DNA of 64,000 bases from Chthoniobacteraceae bacterium (GTDB lineage: Bacteria; Verrucomicrobiota; Verrucomicrobiia; Chthoniobacterales; Chthoniobacteraceae), in contig JBEBGD010000015.1 of assembly GCA_040081625.1 (NCBI GenBank), positions 1 to 64,000 on the forward strand. Direction: 5' to 3'. This document shows, in pieces, positions 10,094-20,147 of the stretch; the first letter of the stretch is position 1, and each line of letters opens with the position of its first letter. The translations under genes were made by a program, and so were the position numbers. The notes below the pieces were generated by a model. It had not been told where the DNA came from. It did no database searches and saw only the letters and a list, made by a program, of their open reading frames with translations.

Positions 10094-11143
10094 GTGCAAT
10101 TGACGGTTCACGAACTGGCCGCCCTCGTTGGCGGCCAGTTTGCTTCTGAGGCGGACGGCGCGGCGAAGATCGGCGGTGCCACGAGCATCGCCGAGGCGCG
10201 CGAGGGGGACGTTACATTCTTCGGCAACGTGAAGTATCTCGCGGCGCTCAAGGCCTGCCACGCGACGGCGGCGCTCGTGCCGATGGACTTCGCAGAGGCG
10301 ATCCCGCCGATCGCCATCCGCTGCGAGAATCCGACACTCGCCTTCTCCACGGTGCTCGCCCGCATCGCGCCTCCTCCGATTCGCTTTCCGTCCGGCGTGC
10401 ATCCCAGCGCGATCATCGGAGCCGGGGTTGAGCTGGGCGCTGACGTGAGCATCCAGCCACATGTCGTGATCGAGCCCGGGGCAAAGGTCGGCGCGCGCAC
10501 GGTGCTCGGAGCGGGCAGTTACATCGGGCACGACGCGCAGCTTGGCGAAGATTGCCAGCTCGCCGCGCGGGTCACCGTCGGCGCTCGCTGCGTAGTCGGA
10601 AATCGCGCCATCTTCCACAGCGGCGTCGTGATCGGGAGCGACGGCTTTGGCTTCGAGTTCACCGCCGGCCGGCACGTGAAAATCCCCCAGACCGGGATCG
10701 TGCAGGTCGATGACGACGTGGAGATCGGCGCGAACACCACGGTCGATCGCGCACGTTTCGGCCGGACCTGGATCGGCGAAGGCACAAAGATCGACAATCT
10801 GGTCCAGCTCGGGCACAACGTGCAGATCGGCCGCCACTGTATCGTCTGCGCTCAAACAGGCATTTCTGGCAGCGCCCGGCTGGGGAATTTCGTGGTCGTA
10901 GGGGGCCAGGTTGGCACAGTCGGCCACATTTTCATCGGCGATGGCGCGCAGATCGGTGCCCAGAGTGGAATCACCAAAGACGTCCCACCCGGGGCGGTGC
11001 TCTGGGGCACCCCGGCGATACCGATCAAGGAGCAGATCGATCTCCTCGCCCGGTTCAGCCGGCTTCCGCGGCTGGGCGAGCGGGTAAAGCGCTTGGAGCA
11101 GATGGCGCGCGAGTCGGGGAAGACATTGCCCTCCGGCGAATAA
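10094..11143 (+). CDS. lpxD: UDP-3-O-acyl-glucosamine N-acyltransferase
   Basis: Hexapeptide repeats, [29 protein letters not shown]. Confidence 0.96.
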   Translation: MQLTVHELAALVGGQFASEADGAAKIGGATSIAEAREGDVTFFGNVKYLAALKACHATAALVPMDFAEAIPPIAIRCENPTLAFSTVLARIAPPPIRFPSGVHPSAIIGAGVELGADVSIQPHVVIEPGAKVGARTVLGAGSYIGHDAQLGEDCQLAARVTVGARCVVGNRAIFHSGVVIGSDGFGFEFTAGRHVKIPQTGIVQVDDDVEIGANTTVDRARFGRTWIGEGTKIDNLVQLGHNVQIGRHCIVCAQTGISGSARLGNFVVVGGQVGTVGHIFIGDGAQIGAQSGITKDVPPGAVLWGTPAIPIKEQIDLLARFSRLPRLGERVKRLEQMARESGKTLPSGE

Positions 11144-11202
11144 TTTTTGCCGACTAGGCCCTTGCGGGAGACCCCGGCCCGCGGCGATTTTCCGGGTGCG
11201 CC

Positions 11203-11652
11203 ATGGCCACAAAAAAACGCAAAGTTGCCCACGCTAAACTGCCGCTTCAGCGGCAGTTCGCCTTTCCCGATCAAGGGAGGCACTTCAACCTCCGCGAGGT
11301 TTTCGACAAGCTGAACACGCTCTACTTTCGCAAACGGCTGAAGGGCTATCGCATCGAGTGGGGCCGCAAGCGCCACGAGCGTCCGGCGATCGAGATCGTC
11401 TTCGCGACGATCCAGGAGGAGGACCGGCTCATTCGCATCCACCCGTTGCTCGACCGCGCATTCATCCCGCGCTGGTTCCTCGAATACGTGATGTATCACG
11501 AGATGTGTCACGCCGTGGTGCGCGACCGCTACTCGCCCGCCGGCAAGCGCATCATTCATCACGACGAGTTCTACGAGAAGGAGCGGAAGTTCCGGTGGTT
11601 CAAGCGCGCGAAGCGCTGGGAGCACGAGAATCTCGGCCGCTTCCTGCGCTGA
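11203..11652 (+). CDS. SprT-like zinc metalloprotease-domain protein
   Basis: YVMYHEMCH (HExxH), HHDEF. Confidence 0.7.
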   Translation: MATKKRKVAHAKLPLQRQFAFPDQGRHFNLREVFDKLNTLYFRKRLKGYRIEWGRKRHERPAIEIVFATIQEEDRLIRIHPLLDRAFIPRWFLEYVMYHEMCHAVVRDRYSPAGKRIIHHDEFYEKERKFRWFKRAKRWEHENLGRFLR

Positions 11653-11661
11653 CGCGGCGGG

Positions 11662-12543
11662 TTACGGCAGCGAGAAGTAGTCGCCGCTCTGGTAGTTTCC
11701 GTCCGCGAGCTTTGCGATCTGCAGGAGCACGTCGTTCGCGAGTGTGCTCGCGCCGAAACGGAACAGATCCGGCGTCAGCCAGTCGTCGCCGAGCGTTTCG
11801 CTGAGCATCACGAGGTAAGCGAGCGCTTCCTTCGCCGTGCGGATGCCGCCCGCGGGCTTCATGCCGATTCGCACGCCGGTCTCGTAGAAGTATTCGCGGA
11901 TCGCCTCGAGCATCACGAGCGTCACCGGCAGCGTCGCGGCGGGCTGCACCTTCCCGGTGCTCGTCTTGATGAAGTCCGCGCCGGCCCGCATCGCGAGGTC
12001 GCTCGCGTGGCGGACGTCGTCGTAGCTGCCGAGTTCGCCCGTCTCGAGGATCACCTTCAAGTGCGCGAGCCCGCACGCCACTTTCACCGCGGCGATCTCA
12101 TCGGACACGCGCGCGTATTCGCCCGCGAGGAACGCGCCGCGATCGATCACCATGTCGATCTCGTCGGCCCCGAAATCCACAGCCATGCGCACATCGGCTA
12201 GCTTCACTTTCAGCGGCATCGCGCCGCTGGGAAACGCAGTCGCGACCGCCGCGACCTTCACGCCGCTGTCGCCCACGAACATCTTCGCCGCGCGCACCAG
12301 ATTCGGATACACGCACACCGCCGCGCAGCTCGGCACGCCGAAGCGCGGGTCCGCGGGCGCGATCGCCTTGCGGCAGAGGTAGGCGACTTTGCCGGGCGTG
12401 TCTTTGCCCTCGAGCGTCGTGAGATCCATCATCGAGACGATCAGCTTGAGTCCATCGAGCTTCGCGCCGGTCTTGATGCTGCGCTTGGTGAAGGCGCCGG
12501 CGCGCTCTTCGACCATGACTTGATCGATAGTGGGGGTGCTCAT
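11662..12543 (-). CDS. deoC: Deoxyribose-phosphate aldolase
   Basis: DLTTL, AAVCVYP, GADEIDMV, LKVILETGEL, FIKTSTGK, KPAGGIR, RFGAS. Confidence 0.95.
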   Translation of the reverse strand: MSTPTIDQVMVEERAGAFTKRSIKTGAKLDGLKLIVSMMDLTTLEGKDTPGKVAYLCRKAIAPADPRFGVPSCAAVCVYPNLVRAAKMFVGDSGVKVAAVATAFPSGAMPLKVKLADVRMAVDFGADEIDMVIDRGAFLAGEYARVSDEIAAVKVACGLAHLKVILETGELGSYDDVRHASDLAMRAGADFIKTSTGKVQPAATLPVTLVMLEAIREYFYETGVRIGMKPAGGIRTAKEALAYLVMLSETLGDDWLTPDLFRFGASTLANDVLLQIAKLADGNYQSGDYFSLP

Positions 12544-13358
12544 GAAAAGCGGACGAGGTCGCGCAGGAACTGAACCCAGACGAACATGAGCCCGCGCCAT
12601 GAATAGCGCACCGCCCCGTCGCCGGCCTGCGTGAGGACGCCGACGGCGAGATTGTGCGCGATCTGCGTGCGCATGTCGTTCTGGATTTCGAGCGGGAGGA
12701 GGTCGGGCTCGAACGGCGCGAGGTCCGCGGCGATCACGCCATTGCGCCGGAGGAACTCGCGATGGTTCTCGTAGAGCTCGAGGAAGGATTGGTCGCCACT
12801 CACGCGATTTACGCGCCACTCCGGCGCGAGCTTGAGGCTGTAGCTGAAGGGATAATTCCAGGTCGTCCACAAGCGTCCATCCTGGCCGCGCGACGAGAGG
12901 CTCAGGTAGTAGAACGCGACATCGTGCTGGTCGATGAGGCAGATCGCCGCCTGCGTGCGCTCGGCCTCCTTGTAAAATAGCCGGAAGAACTGCGCGTAGT
13001 CCTGCCAGTCCCAGCCGGTGTCGTCCGCGCGCACGAACCCCTCGCCCTCCACCTCCTCGGTCAGCGCATCGAGCGCGGGAAACGCCTCGTCGTTCGGCGG
13101 ATGTTTGTGCCGCAGCTTCTTGTCCGTGGGCAAGGTCAGCCGCCGCACGCGTGTGAGGATCTCCAGCCACGGCAGCATCAGCCAACTCGCCGCGCACAAG
13201 ACGCCGACCGTCCAGAAACCGGTCATCAGCCAGCCGATCAGAAACGAAGTGGCCAGCACGCCGAGCGCGCCAAGCTTCTGCAGCACGACGCTGCGAAAAC
13301 TGCGCAGCGCCATGGTGAGCGCAGCCACGCCGAAGATGAGCAGAATGTTTGAAAACAT
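12540..13358 (-). CDS. Hypothetical membrane protein
   Basis: N-terminal hydrophobic helices, typical codon bias, ATGA coupling to deoC. Confidence 0.7.
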   Translation of the reverse strand: MFSNILLIFGVAALTMALRSFRSVVLQKLGALGVLATSFLIGWLMTGFWTVGVLCAASWLMLPWLEILTRVRRLTLPTDKKLRHKHPPNDEAFPALDALTEEVEGEGFVRADDTGWDWQDYAQFFRLFYKEAERTQAAICLIDQHDVAFYYLSLSSRGQDGRLWTTWNYPFSYSLKLAPEWRVNRVSGDQSFLELYENHREFLRRNGVIAADLAPFEPDLLPLEIQNDMRTQIAHNLAVGVLTQAGDGAVRYSWRGLMFVWVQFLRDLVRFS

Positions 13359-13365
13359 CGCGGGA

Positions 13366-13647
13366 TCAGACGCGGCGTTGCTGGGCCTCAGCCGCGTCCG
13401 GGCGAATGCTGTGCCGTTTTAGAAAGTCCGCAAGCTCCTCGGGGCCGAAATCCGGCAGCACGAGGTCGTCCACTTGCAGCGTCGGCGCGCGGCGCTGGCT
13501 GGAAAGCCGAAACATCTCGTCGTAAGCGGCGCGATCGGAAATCACGTCGATGAGCGTGTATCGGTAGCCGTGTCCCCGCAGCCACTCCTCGGCCATATCG
13601 CACCACGGACATCCCGGTTTGACGAAGAGCTTTAGCGGCGCGGACAT
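13366..13647 (-). CDS. Glutaredoxin family protein
   Basis: KPGCPWC, APTL..LPDF. Confidence 0.85.
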   Translation of the reverse strand: MSAPLKLFVKPGCPWCDMAEEWLRGHGYRYTLIDVISDRAAYDEMFRLSSQRRAPTLQVDDLVLPDFGPEELADFLKRHSIRPDAAEAQQRRV

Positions 13648-13678
13648 GATGGCCACTTAGCCGCCATCCCGAGCACGG

Positions 13679-14239
13679 TCAACGCACCGGCTTCGCGCGT
13701 CTCCACATTCCGCTCCTGTCCTTCTCCCAAACCCAGCCGTCCCGCGTGATCGCCTCGCCCGGTCCTGCGGCGCCGCCCGGCCGCAGCGTCGGCCCGGCGA
13801 CTGGCTGCGAAGGCGCCGGAGCCGGGGTCGCGACCGGCGCGGGCGTCTGGCGCAAGGCTGCCTGCCGCTGCGCATCGGCGTCCGCGATGCCGGCGGCGAT
13901 GTCGAGATCGTTGGTGATCTCGCCGGGCAGCAACCGGAGCTTGTGGCCTTCGACGGCGAAACTGCCGTCCCCTTGCTGCATGACTTGCGTGCCGGGCTTG
14001 AAGCCGATGATGCCATCCGCAGTCCCGACGGATTTTTTCACGAGCAGAAAATAGGTGCCTGCCGCCGCGAGCCGCTTCGGCGCAGGCGTCGGCGGCTCCG
14101 GCTCCGGAGCGGCCTCCGCGGGAATCGCGGCGGGGATGGGCGCGGGCACCTCGGCAAGGGGCTCGGATTCCGCGCTCTTGGGCGAGCAACCGGCAAGCAA
14201 CCCGCCGAGCAGCGCGATCGCTGCGAACGAACGCATCAC
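13679..14239 (-). CDS. Hypothetical Pro-rich lipoprotein
   Basis: LLAGC lipobox. Confidence 0.65.
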   Translation of the reverse strand: MMRSFAAIALLGGLLAGCSPKSAESEPLAEVPAPIPAAIPAEAAPEPEPPTPAPKRLAAAGTYFLLVKKSVGTADGIIGFKPGTQVMQQGDGSFAVEGHKLRLLPGEITNDLDIAAGIADADAQRQAALRQTPAPVATPAPAPSQPVAGPTLRPGGAAGPGEAITRDGWVWEKDRSGMWRRAKPVR

Positions 14240-14649
14240 GGCTTCTTCTCTTCCGCCGGCTGCGGCTTCGCGGGCTGCGGAGTCGGCTCTGCCTTCTTGC
14301 CGCTGACCTCCTTCATCTGTTTGACGATCTTCTCCGAAGTCGAGTCGAGGTAAGCGCGGACGTTTTTGCGATACGTCTCGATCCCGGCCGGCACCTCTTC
14401 CGGCTTGAGCACGCGCACCCGCGCCGTCTCGGTCATGAACGTCGCCCCGGCCAGACGCAGCACCACGTTCTTCTGCATGTTCTTGTAGGACTCGACCGGG
14501 AAGACGTCGCCCTTGTCCATCATCCAGACCGCTCCGTCGGTCAGCTCGACGCGCGTGTTTTCCACGAACGTCGCATAGAGTTTGAATTCATAAGCCCGCG
14601 CCGCCGTGGCGACGGCGAGCAGCAGGATGAGCCGGGACAGAATCCTCAT
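14236..14649 (-). CDS. Hypothetical exported protein
   Basis: MRILSRLILLLAVATAARA signal peptide; coupled to both neighbours. Confidence 0.65.
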   Translation of the reverse strand: MRILSRLILLLAVATAARAYEFKLYATFVENTRVELTDGAVWMMDKGDVFPVESYKNMQKNVVLRLAGATFMTETARVRVLKPEEVPAGIETYRKNVRAYLDSTSEKIVKQMKEVSGKKAEPTPQPAKPQPAEEKKP

Positions 14650-15287
14650 CGGCGCGGAGTCTTGCGCGGGCGCGTGTCGCGCGCAATCCGAGGTTTCGGG
14701 GCCGGCTTGCCGCCCGCGAAGACGAGTTTTCGCGCGTCGATTTCCAGCTCGATCCACGCGCCCGGGGCCAGCGCGCCCAGCTCGAAGTGGCCGGTCCTGA
14801 CGCGAAGCAAACGCAGCGTCGGATGCCCGATCGCCGCGGTCATCCGCCGCACCTGGCGGTTCTTTCCCTCGATCAGCTCCATCGAGATCCAGCAATCGGG
14901 GATATCCTTCCGCAGGCGGATCGGCGGGTCACGCGGAGGCACCTCGGGCTGCGGATCGAGCCGCTTTGCCTTGCAGGGGCGCGTCGTGTAGTCACTGATC
15001 TTGACGCCTTTCTCGAGCGCCGCGAGTGCCTCCGCCGACGGCACATTCTCCACCTGCGCCCAGTAACACCGCGGGTGGCCGCGACGCGGATTGAGCAGTT
15101 CATCGGAGAGCGCCCCTTCATCGCTGAGCAACAGCAACCCTTCAGTCTCCGCGTCGAGCCGCCCGATCGGATACATCCCGCGCGGAAAGCCAAACTCCTT
15201 GAGCGTGCGCCAGCCGGCACCCTCGTCGGTGAATTGCGAAAGGACGCCGTAAGGTTTGTTGAACGCGATGAGCATTGGCTGGCCCAT
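14646..15287 (-). CDS. rRNA pseudouridine synthase (RluE/RsuA family)
   Basis: FNKPYGVLSQF, GRLD, EGKNRQVRRM. Confidence 0.92.
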   Translation of the reverse strand: MGQPMLIAFNKPYGVLSQFTDEGAGWRTLKEFGFPRGMYPIGRLDAETEGLLLLSDEGALSDELLNPRRGHPRCYWAQVENVPSAEALAALEKGVKISDYTTRPCKAKRLDPQPEVPPRDPPIRLRKDIPDCWISMELIEGKNRQVRRMTAAIGHPTLRLLRVRTGHFELGALAPGAWIELEIDARKLVFAGGKPAPKPRIARDTRPRKTPRR

Positions 15288-15334
15288 TCAGTATTCAGTG
15301 CATCCCTCCGCGCCACTGATTACTGATACCCGCC

Positions 15335-17860
15335 TTGAACCGCGACCTTCCCATTTTCGAGATCGAACACGCCCTCGGCGCCGCCCTGCGCCGCCAGCCG
15401 CGCGTCGTCCTGCAAGCGCCGACCGGCTCCGGGAAGTCCACGCAAGTCCCGCAAATGATCCTCGACCAAGGCCTCGCGGGGAGCGGCGAGATCATCGTGC
15501 TCCAGCCGCGCCGCCTGCCCGCGCGGATGCTCGCCGCGCGCGTGGCCAGCGAGCGGCGCTGCCGGCTCGGCGATGAAGTCGGCTACCAGATCCGGCTCGA
15601 TCGCGTCGCCTCCGGGCGCACGCGCATTCGCTTCGTCACCGAAGGCATCCTCCTCCGTCAGATGCTCGGCGACCCGAAGCTGCGCGGCGTCGGCGCGGTC
15701 GTCTTCGATGAATTCCACGAGCGCCACCTCTACGGCGACATCTCGCTCGCCCGCGCGCTCGACTTGCAGGAGCAGCACCGGCCCGACCTCCAGATCGTCG
15801 TCATGTCCGCCACGCTCGACTGCGCCGCGCTGGAAAAATACCTCGCGCCTTGCGAGCTGCTCACCAGCGCCGGGCGCACCTTCCCCGTCGATGTGGAATA
15901 CCTCGACCGCCCGCTCGGCGACCTGCCCGTGTGGGATGCAGCCGCCGAGGCCTTCGAGCGCATCGGGCCGCAGACCGACGGCGACGTGCTCGTCTTCATG
16001 CCCGGCTCCTACGAGATCAGCCGCACCATTTCCGCGATGCGCGAGACGCGCGCCGCGAAAGGCTGCCTCGTCCTCCCGCTCCACGGTGAGCTGCCCGTAG
16101 CCGACCAGGACGCTGCCGTCGCCCGCTACGAGCAGCGAAAGATCATCGTCTCGACCAACGTCGCCGAGACCTCGCTCACGATCGACGGCGTGCGCATCGT
16201 CATCGATGGCGGGCTCGCGCGCATCGCGCGGTTCGATCCGTATCGCGGCATCAACACGCTGCTCATCGAGAAGATCAGCCGTGCCAGCGCCGAGCAGCGC
16301 ACCGGCCGCGCAGGCCGCACCGCGCCCGGCGTGTGCGCGCGCTTGTGGACCGAACGCGAGCACGGCGACCGTGCGCCACAGGAGTTGCCGGAGGTCCGCC
16401 GACTCGATCTCGCCGAGGTCGTCCTCACCTTGAAGGCGAGCGGCATCGACGACGTGCGCGGCTTCCGCTGGCTCGAGTCGCCCGACCCGCGCTCGCTCGA
16501 TCGCGCGCTCACACTCCTCGCGGATCTCGGCGCACTCGACGAATCCGGCGCGATCTCGGACCTCGGCCGCCGGATGCTCGCCTTCCCCGTTCACCCGCGC
16601 TACGCGCGGATGCTCCTCGCCGCACACGATCAGGGCTGCGTGCGGGCCGTCGCGCTCGTGGCCGCGCTCACGCAGGGCCGGAATCTCATGCGCAAAGCTG
16701 AGGGCAAACCGATGGACGACAAACGCGACGCCGTGCTCGGCGACGACCGCACGAGCGACTTCTTCACGCTCATGCGCGCGCATCAATTCGCCGAGGAGCG
16801 CAACTTCAATCCCGCGCCGTGCCGCGAGCTCGGCATCAACGCGCTCGCCGCGCGGGAAGCCGCGGCGCTGACCGCGCAGTTCATCAATATCGCGAAGGAC
16901 GAAGGGCTCGACGTGCAGGCGCGCGAGGCGACGAGCGAAGCCATCGCGCGCTGCGTGCTCGCCGGATTCCCCGATCACGTCGCGATGCGGCTCGACCGCG
17001 GCACGCTGCGCTGCGCGATGGTCCACGGCCGCCGCGGCGTGCTCGCGCGCGAAAGCGTCACGCACGATTCGCCGCTCATCGTCGCGACCGATGTGCGCGA
17101 GATCGCGATGCGCGGCGACGTCGAGACGCTGCTGACGCTGGCGACCGCAATCAAAGAGGAGTGGTTGCGCGAGCTTTTCCCCACGGCCTTTCGCGAGACG
17201 ACCGACGTGATCTTCGACAAGCTGCAGAAGCGCGTAGTCGCCCGCAAAGCCACGTGCTTCCACGATCTCACGCTGCGCGCGAAGGAGACCGACGACGTGC
17301 CGAAGGACGCTGCCGCCGCGCTGCTCGCGGAGGCCGTCGTGAGCGGCGAGCACTCGCTCGCGAACTGGACTCACGAGGTCGATCAATGGATCGAGCGGCT
17401 CAATTTTCTCGCCGACACCTTCCCCGAGTGGGAGCTGCCGCGGCTCGCCGACGAGGACCGGCGCACGCTCATCGAGCAGATCGTTTTCGGCGCGACGAAC
17501 GTGCGTGGGATGCAGGACCGCCCCGTGTGGCCCGTGGTGAAGTCGTGGCTATCACCCGCGCAGCAGCAGCTCATCGACGAGCACGCGCCCGAGCGCTTCG
17601 AGCTGCCCGGTGGCCGTCGCGCGAAGATCACCTACGCCGCCGGCCAGCCGCCCACGATGGCGGCGCGCATCCAGGATCTTTATGGCATCGAGGGCGACAT
17701 CAAGATCGCGGCCGGGAAGGTGCCGCTCGTCATCCAGATCCTCGCGCCGAACCAGCGCCCGGTGCAGATCACGACGAGCCTCGCGAACTTCTGGAAGGAG
17801 TCCTACCCGAAGCTCAAGCAGGAGCTCCAGCGCCGCTACCCGAAGCACGAGTGGCGGTGA
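15335..17860 (+). CDS. hrpB: ATP-dependent helicase HrpB
   Basis: APTGSGKST, DEFHER, MSATL, TNVAETSLTIDG, QRTGRAGR, C-terminal RYPKHEW. Confidence 0.96.
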   Translation: MNRDLPIFEIEHALGAALRRQPRVVLQAPTGSGKSTQVPQMILDQGLAGSGEIIVLQPRRLPARMLAARVASERRCRLGDEVGYQIRLDRVASGRTRIRFVTEGILLRQMLGDPKLRGVGAVVFDEFHERHLYGDISLARALDLQEQHRPDLQIVVMSATLDCAALEKYLAPCELLTSAGRTFPVDVEYLDRPLGDLPVWDAAAEAFERIGPQTDGDVLVFMPGSYEISRTISAMRETRAAKGCLVLPLHGELPVADQDAAVARYEQRKIIVSTNVAETSLTIDGVRIVIDGGLARIARFDPYRGINTLLIEKISRASAEQRTGRAGRTAPGVCARLWTEREHGDRAPQELPEVRRLDLAEVVLTLKASGIDDVRGFRWLESPDPRSLDRALTLLADLGALDESGAISDLGRRMLAFPVHPRYARMLLAAHDQGCVRAVALVAALTQGRNLMRKAEGKPMDDKRDAVLGDDRTSDFFTLMRAHQFAEERNFNPAPCRELGINALAAREAAALTAQFINIAKDEGLDVQAREATSEAIARCVLAGFPDHVAMRLDRGTLRCAMVHGRRGVLARESVTHDSPLIVATDVREIAMRGDVETLLTLATAIKEEWLRELFPTAFRETTDVIFDKLQKRVVARKATCFHDLTLRAKETDDVPKDAAAALLAEAVVSGEHSLANWTHEVDQWIERLNFLADTFPEWELPRLADEDRRTLIEQIVFGATNVRGMQDRPVWPVVKSWLSPAQQQLIDEHAPERFELPGGRRAKITYAAGQPPTMAARIQDLYGIEGDIKIAAGKVPLVIQILAPNQRPVQITTSLANFWKESYPKLKQELQRRYPKHEWR

Positions 17861-17905
17861 GAAAACGCTGGCGTTGCGCGCGCCGATGGCTTCGGAGTGA
17901 AGCCG

Positions 17906-18946
17906 ATGAATCCACCGACGCATCGCCGCCAATTCGCCAGCGACAACTACTCCGGCATCTGCCCGGAGGCCTGGGCTGCGATGCAGGAGGCGAACGACGG
18001 CCACTGCCCGAGCTATGGCGACGACCCATGGACACAGCGCGCGGCGGATCTTCTGCGCGAGGTTTTCGAGACGGAGTGCGAGGTATTTTTTGTCTTCAAC
18101 GGCACGGCCGCAAATTCGCTCGCGCTGGCGTCGTGCTGCCAGAGCTACCACTCGATCCTCTGCCACGAACTCGCGCACGTGGAGACCGACGAGTGCGGCG
18201 CGCCGGAGTTTTTCTCGAACGGCACGAAGGTGCTCCTGCTGCCGGGTGAGAACGGCAAGATCGCGCCCGCGGAGATCGAGCGCGTGGTGCGCAAGCGATC
18301 CGACATCCATTTCTCAAAGCCCCGCGCGGTCAGCGTGACGAATGCGACGGAGGTCGGCACCGTGTATTCGCCGGCGGAGTTGAAGGCGATCTGGGCGAAG
18401 ACGAAAGGGCTCGGGCTCAAGCTGCACATGGACGGCGCGCGGTTTGCGAATGCGGTCGTGTCGCTCGACTGCACGCCGAAGGAGATCACGTGGCAGGCGG
18501 GCGTCGATGTGCTGTGCTTCGGCGGGACGAAGAACGGGATGGGCGTCGGCGAGTCGGTGGTGTTCTTCAATCGCGAAATGGCGCGCGAGTTCGAGTGGAG
18601 GTGCAAGCAGGCGGGGCAGCTCGCGTCGAAGATGCGTTTCCTCAGCGCGCCGTGGGTCGGACTGCTCGCGGACGGCGCATGGCTGCGGCATGCACGGCAC
18701 GCGAACGCGATGGCTGCGCGCCTCGAATCCGCGCTGCACGAACTGCCGCAAGTGCGCGTGATTTTCCCGCGCGAGGCCAATGGCGTGTTCGCCGAGCTGC
18801 CGGCGGCGGCGATCGAGGCGCTGCGCGCGAAGGGCTGGCTCTTTTACACGTTCATCGGCGCGGGTGGCTGCCGGTTCATGTGCTCGTGGGACACTCAACC
18901 CGAAGACGTGGACGCGCTGGCCGCCGACCTGCGCGAATGTCTTTAA
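17906..18946 (+). CDS. Low-specificity L-threonine aldolase
   Basis: FASDN, GTAAN, HMDGARFANA, FGGTKNG. Confidence 0.92.
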   Translation: MNPPTHRRQFASDNYSGICPEAWAAMQEANDGHCPSYGDDPWTQRAADLLREVFETECEVFFVFNGTAANSLALASCCQSYHSILCHELAHVETDECGAPEFFSNGTKVLLLPGENGKIAPAEIERVVRKRSDIHFSKPRAVSVTNATEVGTVYSPAELKAIWAKTKGLGLKLHMDGARFANAVVSLDCTPKEITWQAGVDVLCFGGTKNGMGVGESVVFFNREMAREFEWRCKQAGQLASKMRFLSAPWVGLLADGAWLRHARHANAMAARLESALHELPQVRVIFPREANGVFAELPAAAIEALRAKGWLFYTFIGAGGCRFMCSWDTQPEDVDALAADLRECL

Positions 18947-18979
18947 CTCCCCGCGCCGTGCCTGTAGCAAGCGTCCGAG

Positions 18980-19606
18980 ATGCCGGACACGCCTGAACCG
19001 CCCGCGACTCCCGAGCCTCCGGCCGAAAACGAAAGCCGGCGGGAGGACGATGCCCTGATCGCGCGCACCCAGGCGGGCGAGGTGGGCGCGTTCGACCCGC
19101 TGATCATCAAATACAGCCCACGCCTCTACGGCCTCGTCTATAACATGACGTCCAACCACGACGACACGCACGACATGCTGCAGGACGTGTGGTCGAAGGC
19201 GTTCCGCTCGATCAATTCGTTTCGCGGCAAGTCCTCGTTCTATACGTGGATTCACTCGATCGCGGTGAACATGACGATCAACTTCCTGAAAAAGCGGGCG
19301 CGTCGCGCGCACCAGAGCCTCGACGATATCGACTCGGGCCTTCATCAAGATAAAGATTTCGTCGAGCTCGCCGCGACGAGCACGCCCGTGCGGGAGGCGA
19401 ATCTCAACGAGCTACAGAAAAGATTGAACGATGCCATGCAACGCCTGTCCGAAGAGCACCGCACGGTTGTCACTATGTTCGATATTCAGGGGATGCCTCA
19501 CGCCGACATCGCGAAAATCCTGAGTATCTCGGAGGGGACCGTGCGATCGCGACTCTTCTATGCACATCGGCAATTGCAAAATTTTCTCAGTGAGTTTCTC
19601 TCTTAA
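18980..19606 (+). CDS. ECF RNA polymerase sigma factor
   Basis: FRGKSSFYTWIHSIAVN, GTVRSRLFYA. Confidence 0.93.
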   Translation: MPDTPEPPATPEPPAENESRREDDALIARTQAGEVGAFDPLIIKYSPRLYGLVYNMTSNHDDTHDMLQDVWSKAFRSINSFRGKSSFYTWIHSIAVNMTINFLKKRARRAHQSLDDIDSGLHQDKDFVELAATSTPVREANLNELQKRLNDAMQRLSEEHRTVVTMFDIQGMPHADIAKILSISEGTVRSRLFYAHRQLQNFLSEFLS

Positions 19607-19612
19607 TCACCC

Positions 19613-20143
19613 ATGACCGAAGAACAGCAGCTCTCCGCGCTCCTGCGCCTCAAACGATACGAGCAGCCGCCCGCCGGCTACTTCGAGAGGCTTGTGCAGG
19701 ATGTCCATCGCCGCCAGCGCGCGGAACTGCTCCGGCAGCCGCTGTGGAAGCTCGCGCTCGAGCGCGTGCAGACGATGTTCAGCGCGCACAGCATGGGGAG
19801 TGTCTCCTACGCTGGTGCGATGGCGGTCGTCGCGATCGCCGGGGTGCTGGCGCTCAATCTCGTGGGCTCGCCATCGCGCGATACGCCCGCGCCGCTCGCC
19901 CGGCCCGTCGCCAGCCCGGCGCCGGTCGAGTTGCGCGCGGATGCTCCGGTCTCGCCCCGGCTGCTTTCGCTCCACGATTCCCAGTTCGCTGTCGAACCCC
20001 CGATGATCGATCACGGCCTCAATAATGCGCGCCTTGTGCCCGCCAGCATCTTCCCCGGAAACGCCCCTGCCCACCAACCTCGCTACGTGATCGATAACCG
20101 TCCGCAGAGCGTTGAGGCCACGAACGTGTCATTCAGCTTTTAA
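19613..20143 (+). CDS. Putative single-pass anti-sigma factor
   Basis: Directly follows ECF sigma; LLRLKRYEQPP N-terminus, one hydrophobic helix, Pro-rich C-terminus. Confidence 0.55.
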   Translation: MTEEQQLSALLRLKRYEQPPAGYFERLVQDVHRRQRAELLRQPLWKLALERVQTMFSAHSMGSVSYAGAMAVVAIAGVLALNLVGSPSRDTPAPLARPVASPAPVELRADAPVSPRLLSLHDSQFAVEPPMIDHGLNNARLVPASIFPGNAPAHQPRYVIDNRPQSVEATNVSFSF

Positions 20144-20147
20144 GGAA

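Noticed and set aside
19400..19606. Milder AT-rich codon stretches in the ECF sigma 3' end, lpxD and the pseudouridine synthase
   Set aside because: Weaker and not sharply bounded; cannot be separated from noise without computation.
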